NCBI GenBank assembly: GCA_050944875.1
Contig: JBMNRW010000001.1
Coordinates: forward strand, 12,526 to 76,525
Length of the DNA stretch: 64,000 bases
From: Patescibacteria group bacterium
GTDB taxonomy: Bacteria; Patescibacteriota; UBA1384; JACPKC01
Direction of reading: 5' to 3'
Shown here: positions 27,229 to 37,425 of the stretch, piece by piece
Layout: every line of letters starts with the position of its first letter
Position numbering within the stretch: the first letter of the stretch is position 1
Translations under genes and position numbers: made by a program
The notes under the pieces: generated by a model
The model's database searches: none
What the model saw: only the letters and a program-made list of their open reading frames with translations
Told to the model about the DNA's origin: nothing

Positions 27229-27481
27229 GGCGATTACTGATCCGTCGTGTTGCGTCTCTGGATGAATGGGGTGCGAGCAATGCGTGCTCTGAACACAGCT
27301 GCGAGCTCTGGCGAGACGTAGTAGGCCTGTCGCATCGTCGTGGGGTTGTAGTACTTCGTTTTTGCGCTGCTCGGTAGCGCTGAGGCGCTGGTAGATTGCT
27401 TCGAAGCGGATTCCGTCCAAGACGGGTGTATCGTCGGCGACGGCTCTCTCCCTGACTGCGGTTCTCCCTCCCCTGGCATAT

Positions 27482-28798
27482 TCACTCCTCGGCGAGTTCG
27501 GCGAGGCGCTTTTCGATGACGGATTCGACGTCGTCGAAGTCGACCGTTTCCTGGGTGCCGTCCTTCATATTGCGGACGATGATCGTGCCGTCGATCGCCT
27601 CACGCTCGCCGACGATGAGGGCGAATTTCGCCTCCATCTTGTCAGCGCTCTTCAATTGCGCCTTCAAGGATTCCTTCCCGAGCGCCATCGAGGCGGCATG
27701 GCCCTTCTTCGCGAGCGAGACGAGGAGCGGGATCGCCTTCTTCTTCGCCCGGTCGCCGAGCTGGATGATGAGGATCTCGGTCGAGAGCTCGCGTGGGACC
27801 GGAATCCCCTTGTTGCGCATCTTCTCGACGATCCGCTCGATGCCCATGCCGAAGCCGAACGCCGGCGTCGAGCGACCGCCGAGCAGTTCGACGAGCTGGT
27901 CGTACCGGCCACCGGCAGCGAGGACTGCCTGGCGGTTCTCGTCGTTGCGCTCCCGGATCTCGAAGACCGTATGCGTGTAGTAGTCGAGGCCGCGGACGAG
28001 GTACGGGTTCAGGTCGTACGGCACGCCGGCTTCGTCGAGGTACTCGAGGACCGCCATAAAGTGGGTCCGCGACGCGTCGTCGAGGAAGTCGACGATCTGC
28101 GGCGCGTTCTCGCGGAACTTCAGATCTTCTGGTGCCTTGGAGTCGAGAATCCGGAGCGGGTTCGTCTCGAGCCGGCGACGGCTGTCCTCGCTGAGCTCGG
28201 GCGCGAGCGGCGTGTAGTAGTCGACGAGCGCCTGCTGCATCTTCTTCCGGCTCGTCGCATCGCCGATCGAATTGAGTTCGATGACCGCGTCCTTGTCGAG
28301 ACCGAGGTCTTGGAGGATCTGCCAGAGCGCGAGAATCGTCATCGCGTCTGTGAGCGGCGTGTCGTCGCCCAAGACTTCAGCGGAGAGCTGCGTGTGCTGG
28401 CGGTAGCGGCCTTTCTGGGGGCGGTCGTAGCGGAAATTCTGCGAGAACGTGTAGAGCTTCACCGGCTGCGGCCAGGTGTGCATGCCGTGTTCGATGTACG
28501 CGCGGACGATGCCCGCCGTCGCCTCAGGTCGAAGGACGAGTCCACTATCCCCTGCCTCGAGCTCGGTCGCCCGCGTCCCGGTCCGGGTCACGCCGAAGAG
28601 CTCTTTCTCGACGACGTCCGACGTCGGGCCGGCGCCGCGGAGGTAGAGCTCCTTCGATTCGATAATGGGGGTATCGATGCGGCCGAAGCCGAAGCTCTGG
28701 AGCCGCGTGCGCGCGACGTTATGGATGAGAGTCCAGTACTTCTGCTCGTCGGGGAGCACGTCGCGCATCCCACGAGCGATCGAGACGACATCACTCAT
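27482..28798 (-). CDS. hisS: Histidine--tRNA ligase.
   Basis: Class II aaRS motifs, the HisRS-specific region RGLDYYTHTVFE and a C-terminal anticodon-binding domain. Confidence 0.9.
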   Translation of the reverse strand: MSDVVSIARGMRDVLPDEQKYWTLIHNVARTRLQSFGFGRIDTPIIESKELYLRGAGPTSDVVEKELFGVTRTGTRATELEAGDSGLVLRPEATAGIVRAYIEHGMHTWPQPVKLYTFSQNFRYDRPQKGRYRQHTQLSAEVLGDDTPLTDAMTILALWQILQDLGLDKDAVIELNSIGDATSRKKMQQALVDYYTPLAPELSEDSRRRLETNPLRILDSKAPEDLKFRENAPQIVDFLDDASRTHFMAVLEYLDEAGVPYDLNPYLVRGLDYYTHTVFEIRERNDENRQAVLAAGGRYDQLVELLGGRSTPAFGFGMGIERIVEKMRNKGIPVPRELSTEILIIQLGDRAKKKAIPLLVSLAKKGHAASMALGKESLKAQLKSADKMEAKFALIVGEREAIDGTIIVRNMKDGTQETVDFDDVESVIEKRLAELAEE

Positions 28799-28858
28799 GC
28801 GAACTCCTTTGTGTCGGCGGTATCGTACCAGGTTTGTGCTCCTGGAACAAACCTGTCA

Positions 28859-30367
28859 CTACTTCAGGTGGTAGTACGCCTTGATGTGGGACCGGGCTTT
28901 CTGGGTGGCGACGAACGTGAGCCAGTCGCGCTTCGGCCCCTGCGGGTTTTTCGCCGTCATGATCTCGACGATGTCGCCGTTCCTTAGCTCGGTGTCCAAG
29001 GGGACAATTCTCCCGTCAATCTTCGCGCCCGTGCAGGCGTTGCCGACGTCTGAGTGGATGGCGTAGGCGAAGTCGACCGGCGTCGAGCGGGCGGCGAGCT
29101 TCACGACATCGCCTTGGGGTGTGAAGACGAAGATCTGGTCGGAGAAGAAGTCGACGTGGAGGATGCGCTTCAATTCGTTCGGGTCTTTGAGTGACTCCTG
29201 CCACTTGTTGAGCTCGGCCAGCCACTCGAGCTTCGATCGCGAGTCGCGCTCGGCGACCTGCTTCGCGTGCTTCCCTTCCGAGTAGTGCCAGTGCGCTGCG
29301 ATACCGCGCTCAGCGAGGTCGTGCATCTCCGGCGTCCGGATCTGCACCTCGACGATCTCGCCGTCGGGGCCGAAGATTGTCGTGTGGAGCGAGCGGTAGC
29401 CGTTCGGCTTCGGCGTTGCGATGTAGTCTTTGATCCGGCCGATGAGCGGGTTCCAGCGACTGTGGAGCAAGCCGAGCGTCTGGTAGCAGTCTGCGACCGT
29501 CGGCACGATGATGCGCACTGCGACGAGGTCGTAGATCTTCGAGAGGTCGCCGTCGTAGCGGTTGAGCTTGCGCCAGAGACTGTACAGGTGCTTCGCGCGC
29601 CCGTGGATGCTGACGGACTTAATGTGTTCGGCTTTGAGGAAAGCAGCGAGGAGTTTCTGGAAGCGGACGACGTACGCCTCGCGCTCGGCGATGCGGCTCC
29701 CGACCTTCTCCTGGAGTTCCTTGTACTCGCGCGGGTGGACGTACGGGAAGGCGAGGTCTTCGAGCTGTCCTTTGATCGAGCCCATCCCGAGACGGTTTGC
29801 GAGCGGCGCGTAGATCTCGAGCGTCTCCTGGGCGATCCGTGCTCGCTTGTCTGGGCGGACGGCGTCAAGCGTCTGCATGTTGTGCAGCCGGTCGGCGAGC
29901 TTAATGAAGATGACACGGATGTCGCTCGTCATTGCCAGCAGCATCTTCCGGAGGGATTCTACTTGGCGCTCAAAGTTTTGGGCGGCTTCGGCGCGGCGGC
30001 GGAAGAAGCTTGGTAGGAATGAGAACGAGGGCTTCAGCCGGATGCGCTTGAGCTTGGTGACGCCAGCGACGAGCGCTGCCACTTCCTTGCCGAACTCGCG
30101 CTCGAGGCTTGCGAACGAGGTCTTCGTGTCTTCGAGGACGTCGTGAAGGAGGCTCGCGGCGATCGTGGGGGCGTCGAGCGAAAACTCGGCGAGCTGGCGG
30201 GCAACGGCGAGCGGGTGTTCGATGTAGGGTTCGCCCGACTCCCGAGTAATGCCAGCGTGGGCGGCAGCGGCGCGTTCGTACGCCCGGTCGACGAGCGCGA
30301 GCTCCGCGTCACCCATGTACGTGGCGAGTCGAGTGCGGAGCGCGCTGTACGTCGGGCTAGGCGTCAT
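28859..30367 (-). CDS. rel: (p)ppGpp synthetase/hydrolase Rel, short form with HD, synthetase and TGS domains only.
   Basis: HD domain (HPLAVARQLAEF...LHDVLED), synthetase motifs (YRSLHTTIFGPDGEIVEVQIRT) and TGS (IFVFTPQGDVVKLAARSTPVDFAYAIH). The protein ends about 500 aa in, before the usual helical/ZFD/ACT regulatory domains. Confidence 0.8.
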   Translation of the reverse strand: MTPSPTYSALRTRLATYMGDAELALVDRAYERAAAAHAGITRESGEPYIEHPLAVARQLAEFSLDAPTIAASLLHDVLEDTKTSFASLEREFGKEVAALVAGVTKLKRIRLKPSFSFLPSFFRRRAEAAQNFERQVESLRKMLLAMTSDIRVIFIKLADRLHNMQTLDAVRPDKRARIAQETLEIYAPLANRLGMGSIKGQLEDLAFPYVHPREYKELQEKVGSRIAEREAYVVRFQKLLAAFLKAEHIKSVSIHGRAKHLYSLWRKLNRYDGDLSKIYDLVAVRIIVPTVADCYQTLGLLHSRWNPLIGRIKDYIATPKPNGYRSLHTTIFGPDGEIVEVQIRTPEMHDLAERGIAAHWHYSEGKHAKQVAERDSRSKLEWLAELNKWQESLKDPNELKRILHVDFFSDQIFVFTPQGDVVKLAARSTPVDFAYAIHSDVGNACTGAKIDGRIVPLDTELRNGDIVEIMTAKNPQGPKRDWLTFVATQKARSHIKAYYHLK

Positions 30368-32891
30368 TCGTCCGTTTCGTTCTTGGTGTCCTGACGACCA
30401 GTGTACCGCGTTGCGCCTCGAGACAGAAGGTGTGCCGCTTCGGTGACTGCAAGATCGCATCGCCGACGACGGAGCCAACTTCGTGCTCGACGAGCTTCCG
30501 GATGGCACGGGCATCCTTCATGCTCACAAGCTTCGCTTCGAGGTGGGCGCGAGCGGCGGCGCTCACGGTGAGCGTCGTGCCGTCCGCTATAAGGCGGGTG
30601 CGGAACTTGTCGAGCTCGAGCGTGAGAATAGCGCTCAGTGATTCAGGACTCAGTGGCGCGTAGGTAATGACCTCGTCGAGGCGACCGAGGAGCTCGGGCC
30701 GGAACTGCGCCCGGATCTTTTCGAGGAGCTGCGCGTCCCAGGCAGCCTGCGCGCGCGAGGCGTGCGAGAAGCCGAGGCTGCCGGCCCGCTGCCAGAGCTC
30801 ACTCCCGACGTTGGAGGTGAGGAGGACGAGCGTGTGCTCGAAGTGGATCCGCCGACCCTTCCCGTCAGTCAAGACGCCGTCTTCGAGGATCTGCAGGAGG
30901 ACGTTGAATACGTCCGGGTGGGCTTTCTCGATCTCGTCGAAGAGGAGCACCTGGTGCGGCCGACGGCGGACTGCCTCGAGGAGCTTCGAGCTGTCGTCGT
31001 GGCCGACGTAGCCGGGAGGCGCGCCGATAAGGCGGGAGACCTGGTGGCGCTCCATGAACTCGCTCATGTCGAGTTTAAGGAGTGCGTCCGCTGAGCCGAA
31101 GACTTCTTCAGCCAGGACACGGGCGGTTTCCGTCTTGCCGACGCCGGTTGGCCCAACGAGGAGGAAGCTCCCGAGTGGCCGGGTCCGGTGGCCGACGCCG
31201 CTCTTCGCGCGACGGATGGCGCGTGCGAGGCTTACGAGCGCGCGGTCCTGACCAATGATCTTGGCGCGCAGTGTCGCTTCAAGGCTCAAGAGGCGTTCCC
31301 GTTCGTCTTTCTTCAGCTGTGCGACCGGCACATTCGTCCAGCGACTCATGACCGCGTGGAGGTACGCCGGCGTCAGGGGTACGGCTTTGCGCTTTGTCGG
31401 CACCGATGATTGCTCGCGGCGCTGCTTGAGTTCCAGTTTGAGTGCGTTCTCCTTATCGCGGAGGAACGCTGCTCGCTCGAGGTGCGCGGCGCGGAGCTCG
31501 TACTCTTTCTGCTTCGTGAGCACCTTGAGCTCACGCTCGAGCTCGGCGAGTTCGTCTCGGTTTGTCCGCTGGCTGGCAGGTAGGGTTGCGCGGAGGGCTG
31601 CGGCGGCTTCGTCGATGAGGTCGATCGCCTTGTCCGGGAACCGGCGGTCGTGTAAGTGACGGTCGGCGAGACGCACCGCCTCGTCGAGGATTTCGTCCGG
31701 CAGCTTGACGCCGTGGAACGTCTCGTACTGCGGCCGGATGCCGGCGAGAATCGCCCGTGTTTCGGCGAGCGTTGGTTCGCTGACGATGATTGGCTGGAGT
31801 CGGCGTTCGAGCGCGGCGTCCCGCTCGACGTACTTCTGGTACTCGGTCGTCGTCGTTGCGCCGATGAGGCGGAGGCTCCCCTTTGCGAGCATCGGTTTCA
31901 CGATGTTCGCCGCGTCGAGCGTCCCTTCGGCCCCGCCGGCGCCGATGAGCGTATGGATCTCGTCAACGAAGAGAATCGTCCGTTCCTCGCCCTTGAGCTC
32001 GGTGATGAGTCGGCGGATCCGGTCTTCGAACTGGCCGCGGTACATCGTGCCGGCGACGAGCGCCGAGAGTTCGAGTGAGAGGATACGTGATCCTTGGAGG
32101 TAGTGCGGGACGTCGCCAGCGATCACACGGGCAGCTAGCCCCTCGATGATCGCGGTCTTCCCGACACCGGGTTCGCCGACGAGGACGGGGTTGTTCTTTG
32201 TCTTTCGGCCCAGGATGTGTACGAGGCGTTCGAGCTCAACGGATCGTCCGACGAGCGGGTCAAGCGCCCCCTCTTCGGCGAGCTGCGTGAGGTCGGTCGT
32301 GAATTCGTCGAGGACCGGCGTGCCGCTCTCCTCGTCGTGTTCGTGCTCCTCCGGTTCGGTCCGCTGCTCGCGTGGATCCCCGAACCCGTGCTCGGCCGCG
32401 CCGACCACGCCGAGGATTTCGATCTCGTGGCCGGCGAGTCCGGGTCGGCCTCCGTGCTCGGCGAAGTGTCGCTCGAGCGTCTTTCGGACGTTCCCCGGCT
32501 CGACGCCGAGCTGCTCGATAAGCCGGTAGGCTGTGCACTGCTCGACGACGGTCATCGCCCAGAGCAGGTGCTCAGTATCGATTGTGGGTGAACCCAGTCG
32601 AGCTGCTTGGAACGCAGCCCTTTCGAGGACGGTTTTCGCCTCGGCCGCCATCGTGGTGGATCGCTTCTTCTTCCCGCCCTCAAGCCTGAGGACGAGCCGG
32701 AGCTGGTCGAGTGTCACGGGAATTTTGCGCAGCAACGAGTAGGCCGGTGAGTCCGGCGTAACGGTGAGCGCGAGCAGCATGTGCTCGCTGCCGAGGCCTT
32801 CTTGCATGGCCTCGGCGTAGCGCTGTGATGCCAAGAGGACAGTCCGGGCGTGTGCGCCGAACCGGCCAAAGCTCTCCGGGAGTTCTGCCAT
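30357..32891 (-). CDS. clpC: ClpC-type AAA+ unfoldase (Clp N-domains, two AAA+ modules, LGF ClpP-docking loop).
   Basis: Two Walker A sites ([16 protein letters not shown]), a middle UVR-like coiled coil and a GSLGF loop. The start is at MAELPES (gggaggag RBS); the long N-terminal extension in the track is spurious. Confidence 0.85.
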   Translation of the reverse strand: MAELPESFGRFGAHARTVLLASQRYAEAMQEGLGSEHMLLALTVTPDSPAYSLLRKIPVTLDQLRLVLRLEGGKKKRSTTMAAEAKTVLERAAFQAARLGSPTIDTEHLLWAMTVVEQCTAYRLIEQLGVEPGNVRKTLERHFAEHGGRPGLAGHEIEILGVVGAAEHGFGDPREQRTEPEEHEHDEESGTPVLDEFTTDLTQLAEEGALDPLVGRSVELERLVHILGRKTKNNPVLVGEPGVGKTAIIEGLAARVIAGDVPHYLQGSRILSLELSALVAGTMYRGQFEDRIRRLITELKGEERTILFVDEIHTLIGAGGAEGTLDAANIVKPMLAKGSLRLIGATTTTEYQKYVERDAALERRLQPIIVSEPTLAETRAILAGIRPQYETFHGVKLPDEILDEAVRLADRHLHDRRFPDKAIDLIDEAAAALRATLPASQRTNRDELAELERELKVLTKQKEYELRAAHLERAAFLRDKENALKLELKQRREQSSVPTKRKAVPLTPAYLHAVMSRWTNVPVAQLKKDERERLLSLEATLRAKIIGQDRALVSLARAIRRAKSGVGHRTRPLGSFLLVGPTGVGKTETARVLAEEVFGSADALLKLDMSEFMERHQVSRLIGAPPGYVGHDDSSKLLEAVRRRPHQVLLFDEIEKAHPDVFNVLLQILEDGVLTDGKGRRIHFEHTLVLLTSNVGSELWQRAGSLGFSHASRAQAAWDAQLLEKIRAQFRPELLGRLDEVITYAPLSPESLSAILTLELDKFRTRLIADGTTLTVSAAARAHLEAKLVSMKDARAIRKLVEHEVGSVVGDAILQSPKRHTFCLEAQRGTLVVRTPRTKRTNDA

Positions 32892-32916
32892 GGGTGGGAC
32901 TCCTCCCCCCTTCTTC

Positions 32917-34146
32917 TTACTCGTCAGCCGAGGTCTCGTCTGTCTCTGCGTTCGCGTTGGTTGCTTCGTCTGTCGCTGTCTCGTCCGACGTCGTTTCTGG
33001 CGTTGCCGCTTCGTCGTTAGTCTCTGCGCTGTCCTCGATGTCGTCGGATGCAGCGTTATCGGTATCGACATCATCAGCGAGCTCTTCGTCGTCCGCTTGG
33101 AACCCTTCCTTCATGATGTCGAGGCTCCAGCCAGTCAATTTGCTCGCCAGCCGGACGTTCTGCCCGCTTCGGCCGATTGCCAACGACACCTGGTCCTGCG
33201 GCACGAAGATCCGCGCCGAGCGCGTCTCCTCGCTGAGCTCAATGGCATCGACTTTCGCCGGTGAGAGCGCGTTCGCGATGAACTGCTTCGGGTCGGCGTC
33301 CCAGAGGATGATATCGATCTTCTCGTCGCCGAGCTCGGTCAGTACTGCCTGGACGCGAATACCGCGCTGGCCAACGCACGAGCCGACCGGGTCGAGGCCT
33401 TCCTGGTGCGCAGCGACTGCCATCTTCGTCCGTGAGCCGGCTTCGCGCTGGATTGCCTCAATGGTGACCGTACCGCTCTGGAGCTCAGGCACTTCCTGCG
33501 TGAAGAGGCCCCGGATGAGATCCGGATGCGACCGCGAGACGAGGACCTTGGGGCCGCGGTTCGTTTCCTCGACGCCCTTCACGTACACCTTGAGCCGCTG
33601 GCCGATGTAGTACCGCTCTTGGTGGACCTGGTCGGGAACGAACATGACTGCGTTTAAGCGGCCGATGTTCACGATCACGTCGCGGCCCTCGATCTGCTGG
33701 ACGGTACCGCCGACGATCTGTCCCTCTTTGTCTTTGAACTCGTCGTAGAGCATGTTGCGCTCGGCTTCGGCGATCCGCTGGATGATTACCTGCTTTGCGG
33801 TCTGCGCAGCAATGCGCCCGAAGTCGGCGTGGTGCGGGAGTGCGATAACGACTTCGCCGCCGACGGCTGCGGACTCGTCGAGCTTCTTCGCCTCACTGAG
33901 CTCGAGCTGGCGTTCAGCCTCCTCGATCTCAGCTCCGTCTTCGAGGACCTCGTATACCTGAAACATCTCGGTCTTCGTGACGTCGCTTCGGTTGAGCTTG
34001 GCGCGGATCACCTGGCCGGACTTGCCGTAGTCTTTGCGGTACGCGGCAGCGAGCGCCGATTCAACGGTCTCGATGACGGTATCGACGGGTAGTCCTCGCT
34101 CCTCAGCTAGCTCTTCGAGTGCGGTCATGAATGGCGACTCTGCCAT
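32917..34146 (-). CDS. nusA: Transcription termination/antitermination factor NusA.
   Basis: NusA N-terminal domain, S1 and two KH domains (GSCVGQRGIRVQAV, AIGRSGQNVRLASKLTGW), plus an acidic C-terminal tail. Confidence 0.9.
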   Translation of the reverse strand: MAESPFMTALEELAEERGLPVDTVIETVESALAAAYRKDYGKSGQVIRAKLNRSDVTKTEMFQVYEVLEDGAEIEEAERQLELSEAKKLDESAAVGGEVVIALPHHADFGRIAAQTAKQVIIQRIAEAERNMLYDEFKDKEGQIVGGTVQQIEGRDVIVNIGRLNAVMFVPDQVHQERYYIGQRLKVYVKGVEETNRGPKVLVSRSHPDLIRGLFTQEVPELQSGTVTIEAIQREAGSRTKMAVAAHQEGLDPVGSCVGQRGIRVQAVLTELGDEKIDIILWDADPKQFIANALSPAKVDAIELSEETRSARIFVPQDQVSLAIGRSGQNVRLASKLTGWSLDIMKEGFQADDEELADDVDTDNAASDDIEDSAETNDEAATPETTSDETATDEATNANAETDETSADE

Positions 34147-34274
34147 AGGTCCTCGCTTTCTTATGTGCAGTATACGATTGGCTCCACGGAGTGTGAAGCG
34201 CGTCGTAGTAGAAAAAGAGCAGCCAACCATCGGTTGCTGCTACTCCTCTATCCTACTCCGAGTTTTGGAGCGCG

Positions 34275-35141
34275 TCAACGGGTTCGCTGCTTCGAGAGAA
34301 AAACGAGGAACGGGAATTGCACTGTCGCTGTGAGGATTCGCGACCAGCGCCAGGGCTGCGTCACTACGCGCCACAGCCACTCTAGGCCAATGGCGCGAAG
34401 CGCGTTGGGTGCGCGTCGGGCAGTGCCGACGTAGAAGTCGAATGCACCACCGACGCCAATCATGACTGGCACGCCGAGGACAGCTTTGTGCGCGTGGATG
34501 AAGAGCTCTTGCCTGGGTGCCCCGAACGCGACGGCGAGGATGTCGGGCTCGGCCGCGCGAATCCGGTCGACAAGCGCGGATTCGTACTCGCCGAGCGGTC
34601 CCTGGCGGTGTTCAGGCTTCGGTACCCCTTCCTCGGCGCCGGCGATATGGAGGCCAGGGAAGTGGTCCGTAAGTGCGTTCGCCGCTGCTTCGGCAATGCC
34701 AGGATCACCGCCAACCAGGTACAGTCGCCAGCCGTTCGCTGCTGCCTCGGCGGCCGTGGCGAGGAGGAGGTCGGTCCCGGTGACAGTGGCAGGAACCGGC
34801 GCATAGGCAGCTGGTTGGCGAAAGAGCGTGAGCGCTCCGACAGCAAGTCCCTGCGCGAACGTGACAACGAATCGCATCGGCTGCCAGCTCGGCGCTGGCC
34901 AGGAGAGGAATGTCGCGGCCGCTCGAACACCGGTGCCGTCGGCCACGCTCAGCTCAGCTTCTTTGAGGACGTGTCGGAAGCGGGTGTTCGTCTGCGCCGC
35001 GACGAGGAACTCTGGGTTGACCGTCGTGATCTGGCTCGGAAGACGACTCGCGACGAACCGACGGACGGCCAAGATCGCCTCCTCGCTCGTCACGCAGTCG
35101 ACTGGGACACCGAGTACCGAGATCCGTTGGCGCGGGGTCAT
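34275..35141 (-). CDS. tagA: WecB/TagA/CpsF-family glycosyltransferase.
   Basis: VLGVPVD...TVNPE...LYLVGG...FPGL...PDILAVAFGAPRQE...IGVGGAFD...GLEWLWR. Confidence 0.8.
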   Translation of the reverse strand: MTPRQRISVLGVPVDCVTSEEAILAVRRFVASRLPSQITTVNPEFLVAAQTNTRFRHVLKEAELSVADGTGVRAAATFLSWPAPSWQPMRFVVTFAQGLAVGALTLFRQPAAYAPVPATVTGTDLLLATAAEAAANGWRLYLVGGDPGIAEAAANALTDHFPGLHIAGAEEGVPKPEHRQGPLGEYESALVDRIRAAEPDILAVAFGAPRQELFIHAHKAVLGVPVMIGVGGAFDFYVGTARRAPNALRAIGLEWLWRVVTQPWRWSRILTATVQFPFLVFLSKQRTR

Positions 35142-35746
35142 TGCAACGGCGCAATCTCCACGTCGGTCATCGTGTCACCAATACGGATCTGGTCGACAAC
35201 GTCCATACCGGCAGTGACTTCGCCGAAGATCGTGTAGTTCGGCGGGAGCGGATTATCCTGGAGCATGATGAAGAACTGACTGCCGTTGGTGTTGGGGCCG
35301 CTGTTTGCCATCGCGACAATGCCGCGGTTGTACGGGCGCTTCACTGGCTCGTCGGCGAAGCGGTACCCAGGTCCGCCGGTGCCGTTGCCACGAGGGTCGC
35401 CACCTTGAATCACAAAGCCGGGCTCCACGCGGTGGAACGTCAGACCGTCGTAGAATCCGTCCTCGGCGAGAAAGACGAAGTTGCTTACGGTGAGCGGTGC
35501 TTCGTCGGCGAAGAGCGCAATGCGGATCTCGCCTTTCGATGTCCGGATGACCGCCTGCTTGTTCTCAACCCGGTCAGCTGGCAGGGTGTCTGGTGCTGCG
35601 TCGTACGTCTTCATGGTCGTGCTCCTCTCGCTTGGTTGTGTTGACTGGGTTGGCTTCGTGGGCGTGCTCGCGCACCCGGTCAGGAGGATTCCAAGAGTGA
35701 GGGCGAGGACGAGGTGGCGGCTAGGCATTGCGTTCAGCTGCGACAA
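35138..35746 (-). CDS. ppiB: Cyclophilin-type peptidyl-prolyl isomerase, lipoprotein.
   Basis: LTGCAS lipobox, then FHRVEPGFVIQGGDP...GIVAMANSGPNTNGSQFFI. Confidence 0.85.
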   Translation of the reverse strand: MSQLNAMPSRHLVLALTLGILLTGCASTPTKPTQSTQPSERSTTMKTYDAAPDTLPADRVENKQAVIRTSKGEIRIALFADEAPLTVSNFVFLAEDGFYDGLTFHRVEPGFVIQGGDPRGNGTGGPGYRFADEPVKRPYNRGIVAMANSGPNTNGSQFFIMLQDNPLPPNYTIFGEVTAGMDVVDQIRIGDTMTDVEIAPLQ

Positions 35747-36128
35747 CGGTCGCCAACTGCTCCGTGAGGTCGGGGTAGGAGTCGAACCGGATCACGCGCT
35801 CAGCCAGTACCTCAATGGTCGGCGAAAGCTCGGCGTCTTCGTTCGCGATCGCGTAGACAGGCTTCCCGAGGGCGGCTGCGTACCCCGCCTCAACGCCGAG
35901 CCCCATCCCCTTTTCAGTTACGTCAAGAATGACGACGTCAGCGTGCTCGATCGCGTCGAACATGAAGGCGAGCCGTTCATCGGGGTCCCGCTCGTCGCGG
36001 CCGAAGTCGTCGAAATCCCTGTTCGTGCAGGTGACGCTGAATCCTGCTCGGCTCGCGGCATTGCAGAGCGATGCGACAACTTCCTCATTGTCTTCGCCTT
36101 CGTACTTCGTGGAGAGATACGCGTTCAT
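35721..36128 (-). CDS. Nucleoside 2-deoxyribosyltransferase-like protein.
   Basis: VVILDVTEKGMGLGVEAGYAAALGKPVY matches the NDT/DNPH1 family motif. Confidence 0.55.
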   Translation of the reverse strand: MNAYLSTKYEGEDNEEVVASLCNAASRAGFSVTCTNRDFDDFGRDERDPDERLAFMFDAIEHADVVILDVTEKGMGLGVEAGYAAALGKPVYAIANEDAELSPTIEVLAERVIRFDSYPDLTEQLATVVAAERNA

Positions 36129-36161
36129 AGTTGGTAGCCTAGTGCGTTTTTCGACGCGTGG

Positions 36162-36605
36162 CTAGTCTTCGTCAATTGCTAAGAGGAGTGTCACTGGCCC
36201 ATCGTTCGTCGACCGGACGATCATGTGCGCACCAAACTGTCCCGTTTGCACGCGCACACCGCGTGCGATGAGTTCATGTTGGACCGCGCGGTAGATGGGT
36301 TCGGCATGCTCGGGCGACGCGGCCCGCGAGAAGCTCGGCCGTGTTCCGTCCAGGGTGGCGTGGAGCGTGAATTGGGAGACGACAAGGATCTCGCCTACGG
36401 TGTCCACGACAGATCGGCTCATCTTCCCCGCCTCGTCGGCGAAGAGTCGGAGCGTCGAGAGTTTCTTCGCGCAGGCCGCTGCGGTTGCAGGCGTGTCGGT
36501 CGGAGCGACGGAGAGGTAGACCAGGAGACCGCCACCGATCGCGCCAACTTCCGCTCCCCCAACCTGCACAGTGGCGCTGGTGACTCGCTGGATGACGGCG
36601 CGCAC
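36162..36605 (-). CDS. dtd: D-aminoacyl-tRNA deacylase.
   Basis: MRAVIQRV...EILVVSQFTLHA...SNDGPVT are Dtd signatures. Confidence 0.9.
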   Translation of the reverse strand: MRAVIQRVTSATVQVGGAEVGAIGGGLLVYLSVAPTDTPATAAACAKKLSTLRLFADEAGKMSRSVVDTVGEILVVSQFTLHATLDGTRPSFSRAASPEHAEPIYRAVQHELIARGVRVQTGQFGAHMIVRSTNDGPVTLLLAIDED

Positions 36606-36607
36606 AG

Positions 36608-37195
36608 CTACTCCTTAGGTTGTAGTCGGCGGTAGATCGCCCGGGTAAGTTCGACGTCGCGTCGGCAGTACTCGTAGATCTCCTCGTACTTGCCGGCTTG
36701 GTAGTAGTCGTAGACCATCGCGCCGTTCATCGACTGCTTCGACGATGGCAGATCGAAAATTTTCGCAAGCTGGTCGAGCCCTGTATGTCCGTCGCCCTGG
36801 TCCCACTCGCGTTTCGTGTCAAAGATTCGGCCGGCCGCAGCGGTGAGCGGGCGCAGATTAGTCGTCATCTGGATATCGTGCACGGTCGTCCGTTTAATAA
36901 TGAAGGGAAGGTCGAACCCGATGATGTGGTGGCCGATGACGCGCTCGGCCTGAGCCGCAACGCGCCAGAACTCACGAAGAATGTCTGCTTCGTTGCCAGT
37001 CAGGACCTTAGCGGGCTGGTCGTCCTGCGCAATGCCGATACAGAAGATTCGTCCCCAGTTGCCTGACAACGAGGTGCCGCGGTGGAAATCGCTAAAGGAG
37101 TTAGCTCGTCCGGGACGACGAGCAAAGAGCTCCCTGAGCGCTGGTTCTGCTTCTGGTGGTGCGGGGAGCGTTTCAATGTCGAAGACAAGGTTCAC
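36608..37195 (-). CDS. Predicted 3'-5' exonuclease (PolB-exonuclease-like, RNase H fold).
   Basis: LVFDIETLP...IGFDLPF...YCRRDVELT are DEDDy-type exonuclease motifs. Confidence 0.65.
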   Translation of the reverse strand: MNLVFDIETLPAPPEAEPALRELFARRPGRANSFSDFHRGTSLSGNWGRIFCIGIAQDDQPAKVLTGNEADILREFWRVAAQAERVIGHHIIGFDLPFIIKRTTVHDIQMTTNLRPLTAAAGRIFDTKREWDQGDGHTGLDQLAKIFDLPSSKQSMNGAMVYDYYQAGKYEEIYEYCRRDVELTRAIYRRLQPKE

Positions 37196-37425
37196 TGGGT
37201 TTCCTCTTGCTCAGCTGGCTGCTCGTCGGCAAACGAAGCGGTGAGCACGTCGAAGCGGTGATCGAACTCGGTCAGTCGGCGTTTCGCTTCGGCGATGCGC
37301 TCGCCTGCCTGCTCGAAGAGCCGGAGGCTCTCTTCCAGACTTACCTGCTCGCTCTCGAGTGACGTGGCGATCGCATCGATTTCAGCCATCAACGTATCGA
37401 ATGAAGGTTGTGTGTGTTCGCTCAT
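37192..37425 (-). CDS. xseB: Exodeoxyribonuclease VII small subunit.
   Basis: 77-aa helical protein with FDTLMAEIDAIATSLESEQVSLEESLRLFEQAGERI, directly downstream of xseA. Confidence 0.8.
   Translation of the reverse strand: MSEHTQPSFDTLMAEIDAIATSLESEQVSLEESLRLFEQAGERIAEAKRRLTEFDHRFDVLTASFADEQPAEQEETQ

Noticed and set aside
30368-30514. Longer Rel ORF start at 30514 and the ClpC ORF start at 33074.
   Set aside because: The upstream extensions are Arg/Ser/Thr-rich low-complexity and overlap the preceding genes. Internal Mets at 30367 and 32891 give canonical N-termini; clpC also has a gggaggag RBS.
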